Shown here: piece after piece, positions 12,509 to 26,054 of the stretch
Numbering within the stretch: the first letter of the stretch is position 1
Layout of the letters: every line of letters starts with the position of its first letter
Origin: Mytilus californianus
Lineage: Eukaryota
DNA: 64,000 nucleotides
Direction of reading: 5' to 3'
Assembly (NCBI RefSeq): GCF_021869535.1
Contig: NW_026262734.1
Coordinates: forward strand, 91,202,001 to 91,266,000
Program-made: the position numbers and the translations under genes
Notes under the pieces: generated by a model
Seen by the model: only the letters and a program-made list of their open reading frames with translations
Told to the model about the DNA's origin: nothing
Databases searched by the model: none

Positions 12509-13620
12509 TAATTGTAACATTTGCATTATCAAAACAAATAGGCAAAACATGTCTCTGTGTGAACAGCTTATTATAGATTAGACATGTACAATTATTATAA
12601 AAATAAGAAGATATGGAATGATTGCCAATGAGACAACTATCCACAAAAATTCAAATGAAGTGGATGTAAGCAATTATAGGCAACCGTACAGCCTTCCAAA
12701 ACATATGTTGCATCATTGCTAGGCCATTTTAACAACATAAGCATTTATTGTAATATAATATACAAGAAAATTACACCACTTCAGATAGTTTCAGGTATGA
12801 TTTGATAATTATGCATAGTACTAGTGGCACCAGCTGATCCAACTAAAACCGCTAATATGGCATATTTAAACTCTAGTACATAGTGGAATTAAACCATATA
12901 TACCCCACTGTTGGACACCATTATCGAAATTATTATTCTGATAAGAATATTCCTCCATGCAGCCTGCAACAATTAGCAAAACCTATACTGCATAGTAAGC
13001 TATAAACGACCATGAATTGACAAATGTAAAACAATAAAACTGAAGCATCCTAATTTATGTACAAAACAATTATAAAAAATAAATACAGCAACAATCACCA
13101 AATTAGTGGGTCCTCACTATGGACAGGTACATGCAGAATGTGGCGGCTTAAACATGTAAGCTGGCACAAAACTCTCCCCTAACATGGGACAGTGTATGTG
13201 CATAATCTCAGACATTGAATCTTTAAAAATATAAATTGGAAATAACTTTTGAAAGTGGTAGGATTGGATAGTGTACACATTTCTGTACAAACATTATTTG
13301 ATACTTCAGAAATAGCTTAGAATAATGCCTGAGATAAATATTTCCACTAATTCTTCCACAATATTCATCTGAACTTCTGCCAAGTTTGCCTTTGGTTTTT
13401 TAATTAACTGCCTATAGCGCCCTTGGTGCTTTGATTTATTTATTGTAGCAAAATGGTTCAAATTAGTACTGGAATGTTATTTTTATAAAAATATGTTGTC
13501 CCACTGTGTGCAATTTTGTTTTACTGGTATGTAATAATGTCTATAACCATATATAGTTGAAGGACTCTTTAAAGAATAATTTTGTTCATCTGTTATTTCT
13601 GCTATATAAAAAAAAAACAT

Positions 13621-13939
13621 TTATTATACCCCCGCTTTTATATACCCCGCTTTAAAAAAGTGGGGGTAAACTGTTTTACCTCTGTCTGTCCGTCCGTCCT
13701 TCCATCCCTCCGTCCGTCCGTCCATCCATCCGTCCGTCCGTCCCATGAATAATTTTTGTCGCATTTTTCTCAGGAACTTCATTACAAGGATTTCTGAACT
13801 TTGGTTTCAGGGTTTATATGAGTCAGCTATACCGTGTGATGCGTTTTCAGATTCATCACTCAACAACTTCCTGTTTACCGTATACTTTTAGCGGGCGAGG
13901 GTATCATTAGTGAGCAGTAGCTCATAGATTCACTTGTTT
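13621..13939 (+). mobile_element. Short Helentron/DINE-1-like element with (GTCC)n
   Basis: 5' ATACCCCCGC..GTGGGGGTA, (CCGT/CCAT)n, 3' GGGGTATCATTAGTGAGCAGTAGCTCA; ends just before the P450 last-exon acceptor. Confidence 0.75.
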
Positions 13940-13955
13940 ACTCAATATTTTTCAG

Positions 13956-14202
13956 ATTCCTTGATGATAAACAGAATCTTGTCATACCAGATCAGTATAT
14001 GCCATTTGGTGCTGGTAAGAGGAGTTGTCCAGGAGAGACTCTTGTTGATGTAGAGATATTTCTGTTCTTTACTTACATTATGCATCAAGTTACAATAACA
14101 GCTGCAGAAAATGGACAGGTGTTTAAACTTGAGTCTGAATTTGATGAAATTGTTCATCCTAAGCCATTTAAAGTATTTGTGCAATCAAGGGTTGTTGACT
14201 GA
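13956..14202 (+). CDS. Cytochrome P450 terminal exon (heme-binding)
   Basis: tttttcag|A; FLDDKQ...PFGAGKRSCPGE (FxxGxRxCxG), TGA at 14200-14202. The four exons total 1494 nt = 497 aa with no frameshift. Confidence 0.93.
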
Positions 14203-15776
14203 AGAAGCTAGAAACACCATTGTTTTATTAATCCGCAAATAGGGTAGATTCTTTGATAAAAAAAAATTGTAGGTTAAGACAATGTGAGAGAGCTGTCAAC
14301 TGTTAGTTTTTATCATTACGTTTGTCGACATCCTATGCCTATGTCTTTAAATTTAAGTTTTGTTTGAATTGTTGTGGATAGTTGTCTCATTGGCATTCAT
14401 ACCACATCTCCTTATTTTTTCAAGGATGACAGGGTTGCTGTGTGAATTCTGTAGAATGTGTCCCCGTGCTTGTGGTGTATGCACTTATATTGTACAGTTA
14501 TGGTGTTTTTGCTTGTGAGAGAGCTGTCTACTGTTGGTTTTTATTACCACATTTGTTTTATTTCTTTAGATTTAAGTTCTGTTTAAACTTTGGTGGATAG
14601 TTGTGTCAAAAGGCAATCATACCACATCTCCTTATTTTCATATGCATAAAAGTAATTGAAAATACACTGTTACTTTAATTTTTGGCATCTTTGCCAGCAC
14701 AGGGGAAACATCAGTCCCCTCCAGACTGGATTGTAACCCTTAGCTAGTGAAGAAGATTTATTTATTGAGGCCTAAAGTAATTGCAAAAAACTTTCTGGTC
14801 ATGCCCCATCACTTATATAGAGTAATCCCTGCCTTCTACTGTATCTTTGTAAACATATAATTTAATTCTATGTTTAAATCCATTGCCTAGAGACCAATGG
14901 TGGTATTGTACAACTTTTCTGCATTACCGGTAAGTTCTGTCTTGGTTTTTAATACAGTTAATGTTGTCAGCCATTAGTTTTCAGTGTGGTGTTTTGTGGA
15001 CTAATGTGTTGTTTCCGATCTCTTTCTTCTTGAAGTCAGTCTTTCTTTATTGGATGATTTTGAAAGTGAGCTTGTTTTTAGTTTTCCGGTCAGTGTTTTT
15101 TTTCGAACACAGGATTGTAATGTTAATGATATGTTCAATACACTTTCTTCAAAACTGGTACACACACATGTATTACATTATGCATATATATATATTTTTC
15201 ATGACCATCATCCTTTCAGTCGATCACCAAATCTTTGAAACAAATTCTATGGGAAAACACTTTGTTGTTTATTTTACTGTTTGTGATATTTTTTTATATT
15301 TATTTTACATGTGAAATGTTTAATTACTGTTATTATAATTGTTGTTTGTTTTTTATACATGTTTTTGTTAATTTTTTTTTTATGTATTTTACATTTTTTT
15401 TACTAGTCAATTTTTTTATTTAATTGATTCTCAACAAGTCTTTACCAAAACTAGCTCATAGATAAATAATGACATGAAGCATCATTAGTGTAACAAATAC
15501 AAATACATAAAGTTTTATTTTCCTAAACAAAGGGCTTATTGTATATAATAACCCCACAAATAATTTTGAATTAACCTTGATGGAGGCATGAATTTTGCAC
15601 CAAAATACTGTAATTTGGAAATTAATGCTTGCATTTATTATTGTGAATCATTATTTACTTGTAAGATCATGAAGATGTCAGATCAAATTAATGTGATTGC
15701 AAAAATTTTGTGAAGGAAAATCAGCAATAATAAAATTATGAATGCAAGTTTTTATTATTGCAAACTTGATGCTGTC

Positions 15777-15985
15777 TACTGTAAATTCAGAAATTATTGC
15801 GTGCATTTATTATTGTGATTTTGTCATTTTAGACTTAAATGCGATTTTAATTTTTGCGATATTGAGAAAAATCCTGTTTAATTCATATAAAAAATTTCAA
15901 AATGCGAGTTTGAATCATTGCGATTATAACCCGTCGCATTTTTCGCAATAATAAAAACATCGCAATAATTTCTGAATTTACAGTA
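15777..15985. mobile_element. Tc1/mariner-type MITE (relatives near 42200-42405 and 52353-52560)
   Basis: TACTGTAAATTCAGAAATTATTGCG ... CGCAATAATTTCTGAATTTACAGTA terminal inverted repeats. Confidence 0.75.
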
Positions 15986-16096
15986 TTTTTTGCATTAATA
16001 AAAACATTGCAATTATGTCAGATTTTACAGTAATCTTTTAAAATTTTGCCATGTTTGCTGGCAAGTAATAGTTAGTGCAATTTTGCTCTGATGGCG

Positions 16097-16383
16097 TTTT
16101 TATGCCCCACCTACGATAGTAGAGGGGTATTATGTTTTTTGGTCTGTGTGTCCGTCCGTCCGTTCGTCTGTCTGTCCCGCTTCAGGTTGAAGTTTTTGGT
16201 CAAGATAGTTTTTGATGAAGTTGAAGTCCAATCAACTTGAAACTTAGTACACATGTTCCCTATGATATGATCTTTCTAATTTTAATGTCTAATTAGAGTT
16301 TTTACCCCAATTTTACGGTCTACTGAACATAGAAAATGATAGTGTGAGTGGGGCATCCATGTACTATGGACACATTCTTGTTT
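16097..16383 (+). mobile_element. Short Helentron-like element; second copy at 18411-18688
   Basis: ATGCCCC...(GTCC)n...GTGGGGCATC..TGTACTATGGACACA; near-identical core in both copies. Confidence 0.75.
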
Positions 16384-16460
16384 AGGACTTGATATGGGAT
16401 TACGGCACCAGTAAATCCTAAAAAAGACTGTCAGATGCCATAGCAATCTGAGAATAGTAA

Positions 16461-16482
16461 GGGAGCTACCATTTGATTTTTA

Positions 16483-16513
<31 letters not shown>

Positions 16514-16752
16514 TAGGATGAAAATTGAAAAAAAGGTAGGACAGGAGTTTTGAGTAAAAAAAAAAGGCAAGATGAGCAACTTGGCAAAAAAAAAAAAAAA
16601 GGGCAGGAGGACAATTTATGTAAAAAAGTCAGGATAAACTTATAAACTATTAAAAAAAAAGAAAAAAGGCAGGGCAGAGATTACAACTAAAAAAACATGC
16701 AGGACAAAATTTTTCATCCTAGCCCTCCCCTAAAAATCAAATGGAAGCTCCC
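16461..16752. mobile_element. MITE with TAA TSD (PIF/Harbinger-like)
   Basis: TIR GGGAGCTACCATTTGATTTTTA / TAAAAATCAAATGGAAGCTCCC; TAA on both sides; long poly-G run inside. Confidence 0.75.
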
Positions 16753-19125
16753 TAAATGTACATTGATATGGTTAACAATATTCTTTATATGTAGCAGTGA
16801 ATTTTTTACCAGAAAGGATTTTACTATCCATTTAACATAAGAGACTTCAATATCTTACAAATGTGTTATTGAGCATCTGATCTTTCATGACAATATATTA
16901 TGAATTTTAAAACTCTTCACTGAAAAAAATTTGTTTCTACAAAATTAATAGAATTAATTTCAATTTTGATTGAACTTCTTCAACCTGTAATATTTGATTT
17001 TTTGTGATCAATGATTTCATAAGGTTTATATGACATATGTTAAAATCACTTAAATGGTATAGGAGAAAATTACAAAAGCAAATACAAAAAATTCTATATG
17101 TGCATGAATCTACATGGGTTGATCTGTCAGTGCAAGCTCATCAGAGCATCTTGTTTTAATTTTTTTTCTAGTCAATATATATATTTTTAGGTGTATTTTA
17201 TAAAATCTTGTTGTCTTTGTAATAAAAATATTAAAAATTCAGTGTTGTTGTTGTATGGTAAACTGATCTTTTATTACTTTCAGCATTCTGATAAGTATCC
17301 CTAGGTCTGCATGTTTTTATCTTTACCTCATACCTTTTTTTATAAAGATTAATCCTGAAATGCACTTTAGACATGTTAGATAGAGCAAACAAATTGGTAT
17401 GATTTACTTTCATCAATTATTTTTACAGGAGTTATGTCTACTAGAAATGTAAATTCTATAGAAAAGTGTACAATTCTTGCCAGATATTTCTAAAAATTTA
17501 TATCAAAGGTTTATATCAGAATTAATTATATGGAAATTTGCATTGTAAGCACTCTCACAACTGCATTTCTTATAGGATTTTTATTAAATTTATATCTTGG
17601 GTTTATACCAGCAAGTGATCTCATGCCAACTTTTCTTGTAAGATATTTAAAGTTTAAAGATTTTTTTTTCTCAAAATTATTGCTGTCAGACAGGTAAAAT
17701 ATGTGCAACAAGGGGGACACTCTGTTCTATAATTGGACTTGTTTTTGTCTGAGGCACGGTCAAAGAAAAGAGGCTTTTTTAGTATTTAGAGATTTTCCTG
17801 TTCTGTGTTTCTGACCTTACACAAAAGTCAATAAAGTCAGAGATTTTGAATTTGCTCAAGAACACTAAGAAACAACAGATAAAAATGAAGAGATACCCAG
17901 ATTCAAACTATCAACCCCAGTGATAAGGGCACAGACATTTGGACAATGGCCATTTAAATCAGAAAAGAATGGGGATTATGTCTGTCTGTTGTTGTAAACT
18001 TTAAAAAAAATCTTTATCTCTGAAACTACTTGGCCAAGTGATACCAAACTTCATCTTAATGTTCCTTAGGGTATCTAGTTAAAAAAAATTATATTCAAGG
18101 AATTGATCCATCAACAAACATGGCCATTGCTGCTAAAATAGAACATAGGGGTAGGATTGACCAGCAGGTCTATCTCCTGCGAAATATTTAGTAAATTCAA
18201 ACTACCAATTTTAGAGTTATTGCCCCTGAAATGTCAATTTTTTTGCAAATTTCACAGTTTTACTTGTTATCTTGAAAACTATAACAGATAGAGAGAAATT
18301 TAAAATAGTAAGAATGGCCAGAACAGTATGATCTACAAAATAGTTTTAAAAAAAACCATGGACGAATTGTCAATTGTACCGTTACAGGAGTTATTGTCCT
18401 TGAAAGACTAATTATGCCCCATTTATGGGAATTATGTTTTTCGGTCTGTGTGTTCGTTCGTTCGTCCGTCCGTCCGTCTGTCCCACTTCAGGTTAAAGTT
18501 TTTGGTCAAGGTAGTTTTTGATGAAGTTGAAGTCCAATCAACTTGAAACTAAGTACACATTGCCCGATGATTTGATCTTTCTAATTTTAATGCCAAATTA
18601 GAGTTTTGACCCCAATTTCATGGTCCACTGAACATAGAAAATGATAGTGCGAGTGGGGCATCTGTGTACTATGGACACATTGTTGTTTTACTATTATTTT
18701 GCAGAAACTATTAACAGACTAAGAGAAATTGAAAGAAGCAAAAGTGTTCAGCAAAATAAGATCTAAAAATAAGTAAACAAGAATGAATCGTTAATTAACC
18801 CCTTATATGAGTTGTTGCTCTTGAAAGACTAATATTACTCATTTTTTGCCGAAAGTACAATAGATAGAGAGAAATGATGAAAGCTAAAGTATTCAGCAAA
18901 ATAAAATCTACAAACAAGTCAATTTAACCATGTTAACCGAAATAATGTCAATTGACTGCTTTTAAGAGTTATTGCCCAGCAAACATGGTTTTCTTTCTTT
19001 TTTTTTAAATGTGGTAAATGGCAAAGATGTTAAGCACAATAAGATCTAAAAATAAATCATCATGGCCGAAATTGTCAACTGACTCCTTTCAGAAATTATT
19101 GCCCTAGAAAGAGGATTTTTTTCCA

Positions 19126-20163
19126 TTTTTATACAACCGCTTGCGGTCATATATTGGTATCACGTCGTCGTCGTCATCATCGTCAGAAGACATTTGGTTG
19201 CCGGACAATATCTTTAGTAAATGTAAATAGAAATTCAGTGAAATTTAAACACAAGGTTTATAACCACAAAAGAAAGGTTGGGATTGATTTTGGGGGTTCT
19301 AGTTCTAACAGTTTAGGAATTAGGGGCAAAAAAGGGGCCCAAATAAGCATTTTTCTAGTTTCCAGACAATTACTTGTGGAACGGTGTATGGATCTCTCTG
19401 AAATTATACCACAAGTTTCCATACCACAAAGGGATGATTAGGATTGGCTTTGGGGGGTTATGGCTCAAACCGTTTAGGAATTAGGGGGAAAAACAAGGGT
19501 TTCCTGGTTAATGGACAATTTGACCTATAACGGTTTACTTTTATAAATTTTGACTTGGATGGACAGGTTGTCTCATTGGCACTCATAGTCCACGTCTTGT
19601 TATATCTAATTAAAAAAAAGTACAATGTAATGTTTGGATTATCTCCCTTACACTGCTTTTAAATTATGTATAAAGAAATGTTGTATTGTCTAGAGGTGAT
19701 TAGCTGTCAATTTATTTTTAGAAGCTACTATTTAAAAATGCTGATTGAGGAATATTAATTGAAAAAAAATTGGGCCGGGGGGAGGGGGGGGGGGGGGGTA
19801 AAAAAGAAATTGTGAGGGGGGAACAATTTTTTCTCATTTCAGATTTCAGAAATTAAAAAGAAAATTTCTTCAAATTTTGTTTTGTTTTGTTTTGTTTTTT
19901 TTGGGGGGGGGGGGGGTCAATTCGCACCAGCATAGTGTATTGCACAAAAGCAAAAAATTGAATATAAATTCAAATCATATAACCAATTCTAAGTTCTTTG
20001 ACAACAGATATTCTGTGTCAGAAACCTATTATGTGTCAAATATTTAATTACAATCCAAGTTCAGACCTGTATCAAGCGCGAATATTGTGTCCATTTTTGC
20101 CCCAACTGTTCAGGGTTGGACCTCTGCGGTCGTATCCAGTTGCGCTCGGCGAAGCAATTTATT
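19126..20163 (+). mobile_element. Shorter, diverged member of the same family as 31313-39632
   Basis: Same 5' ATACAACCGC/(GTC)n head and 3' GACCTCTGCGGTCGTATC...GCGAAGCA tail. Confidence 0.8.
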
Positions 20164-20515
20164 GCAGTTTTGAACAAACTATAAGGGTTGAGCGTTCACT
20201 CTCAGTGGTGACCCGCCACATTCGTTATGTGCCTGTCCCTTGTCCGAAGCCTGTAACTCAGTGGTTTTTGTAGTTATAAAGCCCCAAACAGTATCGGTTC
20301 TTTGGGATCAATTACAGTAATGACTGTACAAACTGATGATAAAGGAACTAGGTATAGACGTATTATTTGAAACCCACAAACCACTTACACCCACTAAAGA
20401 GAAAGTTCTACACAATTACACGGATAGATCTGTTTACGTTTTTTTTTTAAATTAAGATAAACAAAAACTGGATATTCCTTCACTCAACTTATTACTCAAA
20501 TTGCAGAGTTTCCTT

Positions 20516-20586
20516 CATCTTCGCTAGCCAAGGATTATGATCCAGAGAGGAGGGGACTGGATCGTAACCCTTGGCTAACGAAGATG
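20516..20586. mobile_element. 71-bp hairpin MITE with 9-bp TSD
   Basis: CATCTTCGCTAGCCAAGGATTATGATCCAG / CTGGATCGTAACCCTTGGCTAACGAAGATG; AGTTTCCTT at 20507-20515 and 20587-20595; decayed relative at ~14690-14760. Confidence 0.85.
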
Positions 20587-20619
20587 AGTTTCCTTAAAAA
20601 CAATGATATAGTGTTGACA

Positions 20620-21290
20620 TAAAATTAAGGAGATGTGGTATGATTGCCAATGAGACAACTGTCCACCAAAGTTCAAATGAAGTGGATGTAAAAAATAAAG
20701 GGGCAACCGTACAGCCTCTAACAATGAGAAAACCCATATCGTATAGTCGGCTATAAAAGGCCACAACATGAAAAATATGAAACAATTCATTTGAGAAAAA
20801 CTAATGGCCTAATTTATAACAAAACTATTTACGAAAAAACAAAAAATGACAGACATGAACTAAAGACAACCACTGAACTACAGGCTCCTGACTTGGGACA
20901 GGCACATAAAGAATGAGGCAGGGTTAAACATGTTTGAAGGCGCCAACCCTCCCCTAACCTGGGACTATTGTGTAACAGTACAATATAAGGATAAACTATC
21001 AAAATCAGTTTAAAAGGGCTTAACTCAACAGATCAATACAAAGCAGAAAAAACATTAAACAAAAACACAGACCGGACGTGGCAGGGTATTTAATCATCCC
21101 TTACAAAGAAAAAGACACAAAGTAAAGATATGAGCATACTCGCAGTTACTGACAGCTAGTTCAAAGCCAATAACAACTAAAAAAAAATCATGTATCTAAG
21201 ACTAAATTATCAATCAGTACACATTCAACATCCAATGGATTTAGTGTAAAGTCGTCATTAACAATCAGAGAGAAAAAAAATACATTGTGC
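20620..21290 (+). repeat. High-copy dispersed repeat (GATGTGGTATGATTGCCAATGAGACAACT family)
   Basis: Core recurs in both orientations at about 650, 1800, 4050, 7450, 12610, 14390, 14610, 19570, 21570, 22335, 43310, 57450, 60590 and 63160; resembles the very abundant Mytilus intronic repeat (from memory). Confidence 0.8.
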
Positions 21291-22027
21291 AATGCCAAAA
21301 TATAGGTATCGACAGATTGTCGTACCGTGAATGTGCATATGTGTTTAACAATAATATTAAGTATGGTTTAAATTTGCTGATAACAAAATCAATATTTATA
21401 CCAATTAAAACAATATTCAAAGATCTAATTACATTGCTGAATTGGTAACCTTTTAGAATAAGTTTATTTAAAGGATTGATAAGATTACCCGGATCGTATC
21501 TAAATTTCCGTGCTCGGTAAACATCACACAAAGTACAGATCTAGAGTACTCGCAGTCATTAAAATAACTAGATGTGGTATGATTGCCAAGGAGACAACTG
21601 TCCACCAAAGTTCAAATGAAGTGGATGTAAGCAATTATTATAGGCAACCGTACAGCCTTCAACTATGAGAAAATAAACCAACCATATATATAGTCTGCTT
21701 AATGCTCCACAAAACCAGTTATTAATTATGTAAAAAGTAATAGTTTAATCAAACTTAAAAAAAAACCAATTCTGATTCAAATAAAAATTTCTTTGGAAAT
21801 CACATCAAGATGCTTGAGTTATCTCCCCTTAATACGCTTAGTTACGAAAACTGAATTTAGTCAAAAATTATCTACCTTTGTAAAAATATAAGTTATTCTA
21901 AGATAAAATCATATAAATTTATTCATTTGAATGAATATTCTCATTAGTAAATTGCATTCCTATATCGAATTTTGCTGACTTGATTGAATATTGGGACCTA
22001 TTGTGTTCTGCTATATTACAATCCAAG

Positions 22028-22612
22028 ATGGCTAAAGACACCCATTCTGCCTTAATCTTTTAAGTGTTTGTTTCAATAAACAAGAACATGTGTAATAACA
22101 TTCCCAATAGTAAAAAGAAAGTGTTGTGCCTCTTCAAAAACCACATTATAATACTGCTCGGTAGAATTGTAGATAGTTGAATAGTCGATAGGTTTTGAAT
22201 TTGGGTGGTCTGACACCTATATAGCGAAAAGCAGTGAAACCAAAAATTCAGAAAACAATTGATTTTTTTGTCTTAACAGATCATTTGGCTAAAGACACCC
22301 ATACTGCCTTTATCTTTTAAGTAGATATAAGAAGATGTGGTATGAGTGCCAATGAGACAACTCTCCATCCAAGTCAAAATTTATAAAAGTGTTTGTTTCA
22401 ATAAATGAGTACGTGTGTAATAACATTCCCAATAGTAAAAAGAAACTGTCGTGCCTCTTCACAAACCGCATTATAATACAGCTCGGTAGAATTGTAGATA
22501 GTTGAATAGATAGGGATTTTGAATTTGGGTGGTCTGACACCTTTATAGTGAAAAGCAGTGAAACCAAAAATTCAGAAAACAAATGATTTTTTTTTGTCTT
22601 AACAGTTCATTT
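22028..22612. repeat. Local ~260-bp direct duplication; second copy interrupted by a dispersed-repeat fragment
   Basis: GGCTAAAGACACCCA...GTCTTAACAG occurs twice (about 22030-22280 and 22288-22605). Confidence 0.8.
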
Positions 22613-25569
22613 GAGATGCAAGTAGCCACATTTCAACCCTTTTTTGGCAGAAAAGTCACATATTGCAAAATTAGAAACTTAAACCTGAATTTGTGCTATT
22701 TTTAACTTTTTCCACCCTTACAACAATATGCATTTATATAAAAAAATGTCTGAAATTGTTAGGAATGCACAGTTAGTTGTTTCTGTGGTATTAAACATTA
22801 AAACATAGGTTATTTACTACAAAAAAATTTGTTGTCATGATATTTTATGAAATTAATTGATTTTTACCCGTTCTATCATTGCGTCATTCCATGTATTTAA
22901 TTGGCAGATAGCATAGCCTAATGTAAAAACTGCATGAACTCGCCCCAATCCCATAAATTGTCTCAAATGAAAGTTTTCTACCTTTAGATTTTATTGACTT
23001 CTAGTAAATAAAAATTGTTTCATGACCATTACTGCATTATTGATGAATTACTGGTCCATTACTCACTCAGGCGCCTGATAAAAAAAGGGGGGTTAATATT
23101 CCTAGATACTTCAATACCTTTGATTTTTTACTAAACTCATTGTAAAGTTGTAAAAAGTCTTTAAAGCAGTAGGACAAACAAGGAAAAATCAACCAAAATT
23201 GATCTTGATATTGAAAGTTTATGTTCCTGTAGTCAGAAATTAAATTTCAAATATTTTCTATAAATTTAAAGTCAAACTTTACAGTCAGTTTAAATTGAGC
23301 TGTGAATTTTGCAATATAAGTCACATTATGATGAGATATGATTTTATTTAATTCACATTGACCAAGGATTAAGAATAAAGCAAAAAAAAGACTTCTGATA
23401 ATCTTTTATGTCTCTTTAGGTGTCAGACCACCAATTCACCCACTCCAATTTAGAATGTATGTAAAAGTAGCCCTTCCTTGACAAAAATAGTGCTTTTGAT
23501 GTCATTGTTTACTTAAACATGTTAAACTAACAACAAATTTGCAGAAATGAAACTTTTGTTGAAAGAGAAATATATGTAGACCATTTTGAGCCAAAATTTT
23601 CTTGTCCATGAGTTTGCATTAAAAATTGAGGATTAATGCGCTCCATAGTATACTTATTTAAGATTTCCAGAAAACCAGCTAGGGGTTATTTTTAGCAGTA
23701 CTTGTCTTCCGAACGTTAGTATTTTCTTACAAGACTTTAAATTTAGGTTGAAAATTGGCATGTAGAAAAATGATACATGTACAATTCAGGATATACCTGG
23801 TTTCTATGAAGTTAAATATAAGATAAAATTAGCTTGTTGATTGATTGATTGATTGCTAAACGTCCAATGACAAATAGTTCATGCATGTTCAGTCAGGGAT
23901 ATAACTCTATAGGGTTATTACAGAAAAATAACATACATTTGTTATTGTGGATTAAAAAATCAAAGAACTGTGATAACTTATGTATGTTATATGTTTCAAA
24001 GGAGCAATATACATCATTAGTTTAGTTAAAATGTTTAAAAGTTCTATTGATATTACTTTTGTCTATATGTATACTTAACTATTGAAAGATATAACAGTTC
24101 ATAGTTTGCCAATTTTGCATAGTACACCTATATGTTATTACAGTAAAAATATGCCTGTAATAACTAAAGGGTGTTATCACAGCTTCTCTATATCACTTCA
24201 AAGCATTTGCTCAGACATACATCATGCTTAATTACAATGTATTTTAATTTATTGTAAGAAATAATGACCAGAGCATGTAATGAGGTTCTGCGCAAGTTTC
24301 TCAGTAATTCCCAAGTGTCTTATATAATAAGTTAAATTCCTTTAATAACTGAGCCTTGTTATCACAGCTAAGTTTATCCCTTAATAGCCTTGTCTCATTG
24401 ATTTACCATGGTTAATCAAAAATGTATTAATTTAATTAAAAAATTAGTTATCAAGGTTATGCATTTAGTTTCTGCGCAAAGTCTCAAGAGATCCCTAGAG
24501 GCCACTATAAATGAAATAATTTTACAAATAACAAACATATGTTATTACAGATTTAGAAAATTTAAGGAATAAAGAGTAGACAACTCATGAAAGTATCTGT
24601 AATAACACACGCAAGTTATTTTCTGTAATAACCCTATAGAGTTATATCTCTGACTGATGTTCAGGACAAAAACAAATTTACAATAAATACAACAGGTATC
24701 TAGGTCCTGAAATATGGGTCGTCCATGATGAAGGTCTGGAAATTTGGAAATGCCATGCATTGGAAAATGAAGGTTTATTTGATAGGAACAGAAATTTTGC
24801 CATTCTTCAGACCACCTTACGAACCCCTCAAAGAATTGTTGCAAGTGTTCTTAATGTGCATATAGAGCGTGGAATTCTCTCCACACTAGGCATTGGATTT
24901 AATGTCCCAATTCTGACCAGACGTGACTGCGTATTTATACATCCCGCATAGCCAAACAGACGCCCAGCTTTGGCAACGGTTTATTGTAGGTTGGATGAAG
25001 ACCAAGTGGAAAGCTAGTTTAAAGCCAACAACAACCAATTAAAAAAAATCATGTATCTTAGAATAAAATGTCCCTGAGGGTTTTGAGCATGTTGAGGTTC
25101 ATTCAAGTATTTGTTTATAGAAGTGAAATGATCAGGACCACAGTTCTAGTTTTTAGTTTCTATCTATAATGACACACAATTCTATCCAATACTCCATTCA
25201 CTAAGGATGATAGACTAGTGTACAAATGACATTTGATAATTATAAAGAGTTTTGACGACTTCACGTGCATCTACAGATAACGTTGTTTATTATTTTTTTT
25301 AATAGAAAAAAATATTTGTGAAAAAAGTATGTGTAGGCACGTGCCTAAAGTGCCTAACGGCAGCTACGCCCCTGTAATAATAAATAAAAAAATAAATTAG
25401 AAAGCTGTGAAATTTGCAAAATTTGGTTGAATAGATAGGGATTTGGAATTGGTGGTATAACACCTGTAAGTAAATCCGGCATACGATAGCATCTGATTAA
25501 AACTTCCTTGAAATAATATCGATAACAAACTATTGCCGCGATGGAAAATTATATAAAAGTATCTTATTA

Positions 25570-25840
25570 CAGCAGAATGCATTGAGTGTGTAGGTAAAGG
25601 TAGAATCTTTGGTTAGCTTGCTTGTTAGTTGAACCGTGAAGTCATTATTAGATTAGGTATACTACCCTCCTTTCGGAGTAGTCTAGTCCTACAGACAGAC
25701 AGATAGATTGGTTATCTGTCGGACTAGTCTACTCTTAAAGGAGGGTAGTTTACCTAACCTAATAATAACTTCACGGTTCAGCTAACAAGCAAGCTAACCA
25801 AAGATATAACCTTTATCTACATACTCAATGCATTCTGCTG
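25570..25840. mobile_element. 271-bp near-perfect foldback MITE with TA TSD
   Basis: TA-CAGCAGAATGCATTGAG...CTCAATGCATTCTGCTG-TA; arms pair over most of the length. Confidence 0.85.
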
Positions 25841-25904
25841 TAATGTCTTATTAGTTTATTGTTTAGTTTGTTTATTATGTTATGAATAGTTACATTGTAA
25901 TTAG

Positions 25905-25996
25905 TCTGCCCTTCAAAGGGCACATTTATTGGTTATCTGCCCTTCAAAGGGCACATTTATTGGTTATCTGCCCTTCAAAGGGCACATTTATTGGTT
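25905..25996 (+). repeat. 31-bp tandem repeat x3 with internal hairpin
   Basis: TCTGCCCTTCAAAGGGCACATTTATTGGTTA at 25905, 25936, 25967; TGCCC/GGGCA stem in each unit. Confidence 0.85.
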
Positions 25997-26054
25997 AATA
26001 CAACTTACTGTATCTGTATCTGTATATATATATATATATCTGTATCTGTGTTAG

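Noticed and set aside
16485-16515. Long poly-G run (also 19775-19800, 27535-27555) as a regulatory G-quadruplex
   Set aside because: All lie within transposon-derived sequence, and homopolymer length is error-prone; no independent support.
25333-25374. GCAGCTACGCCCCTG as the partner TIR of the hAT remnant
   Set aside because: Same orientation as the similar motif at ~26638-26650, so the two cannot be paired ends of one element; no TSD found.
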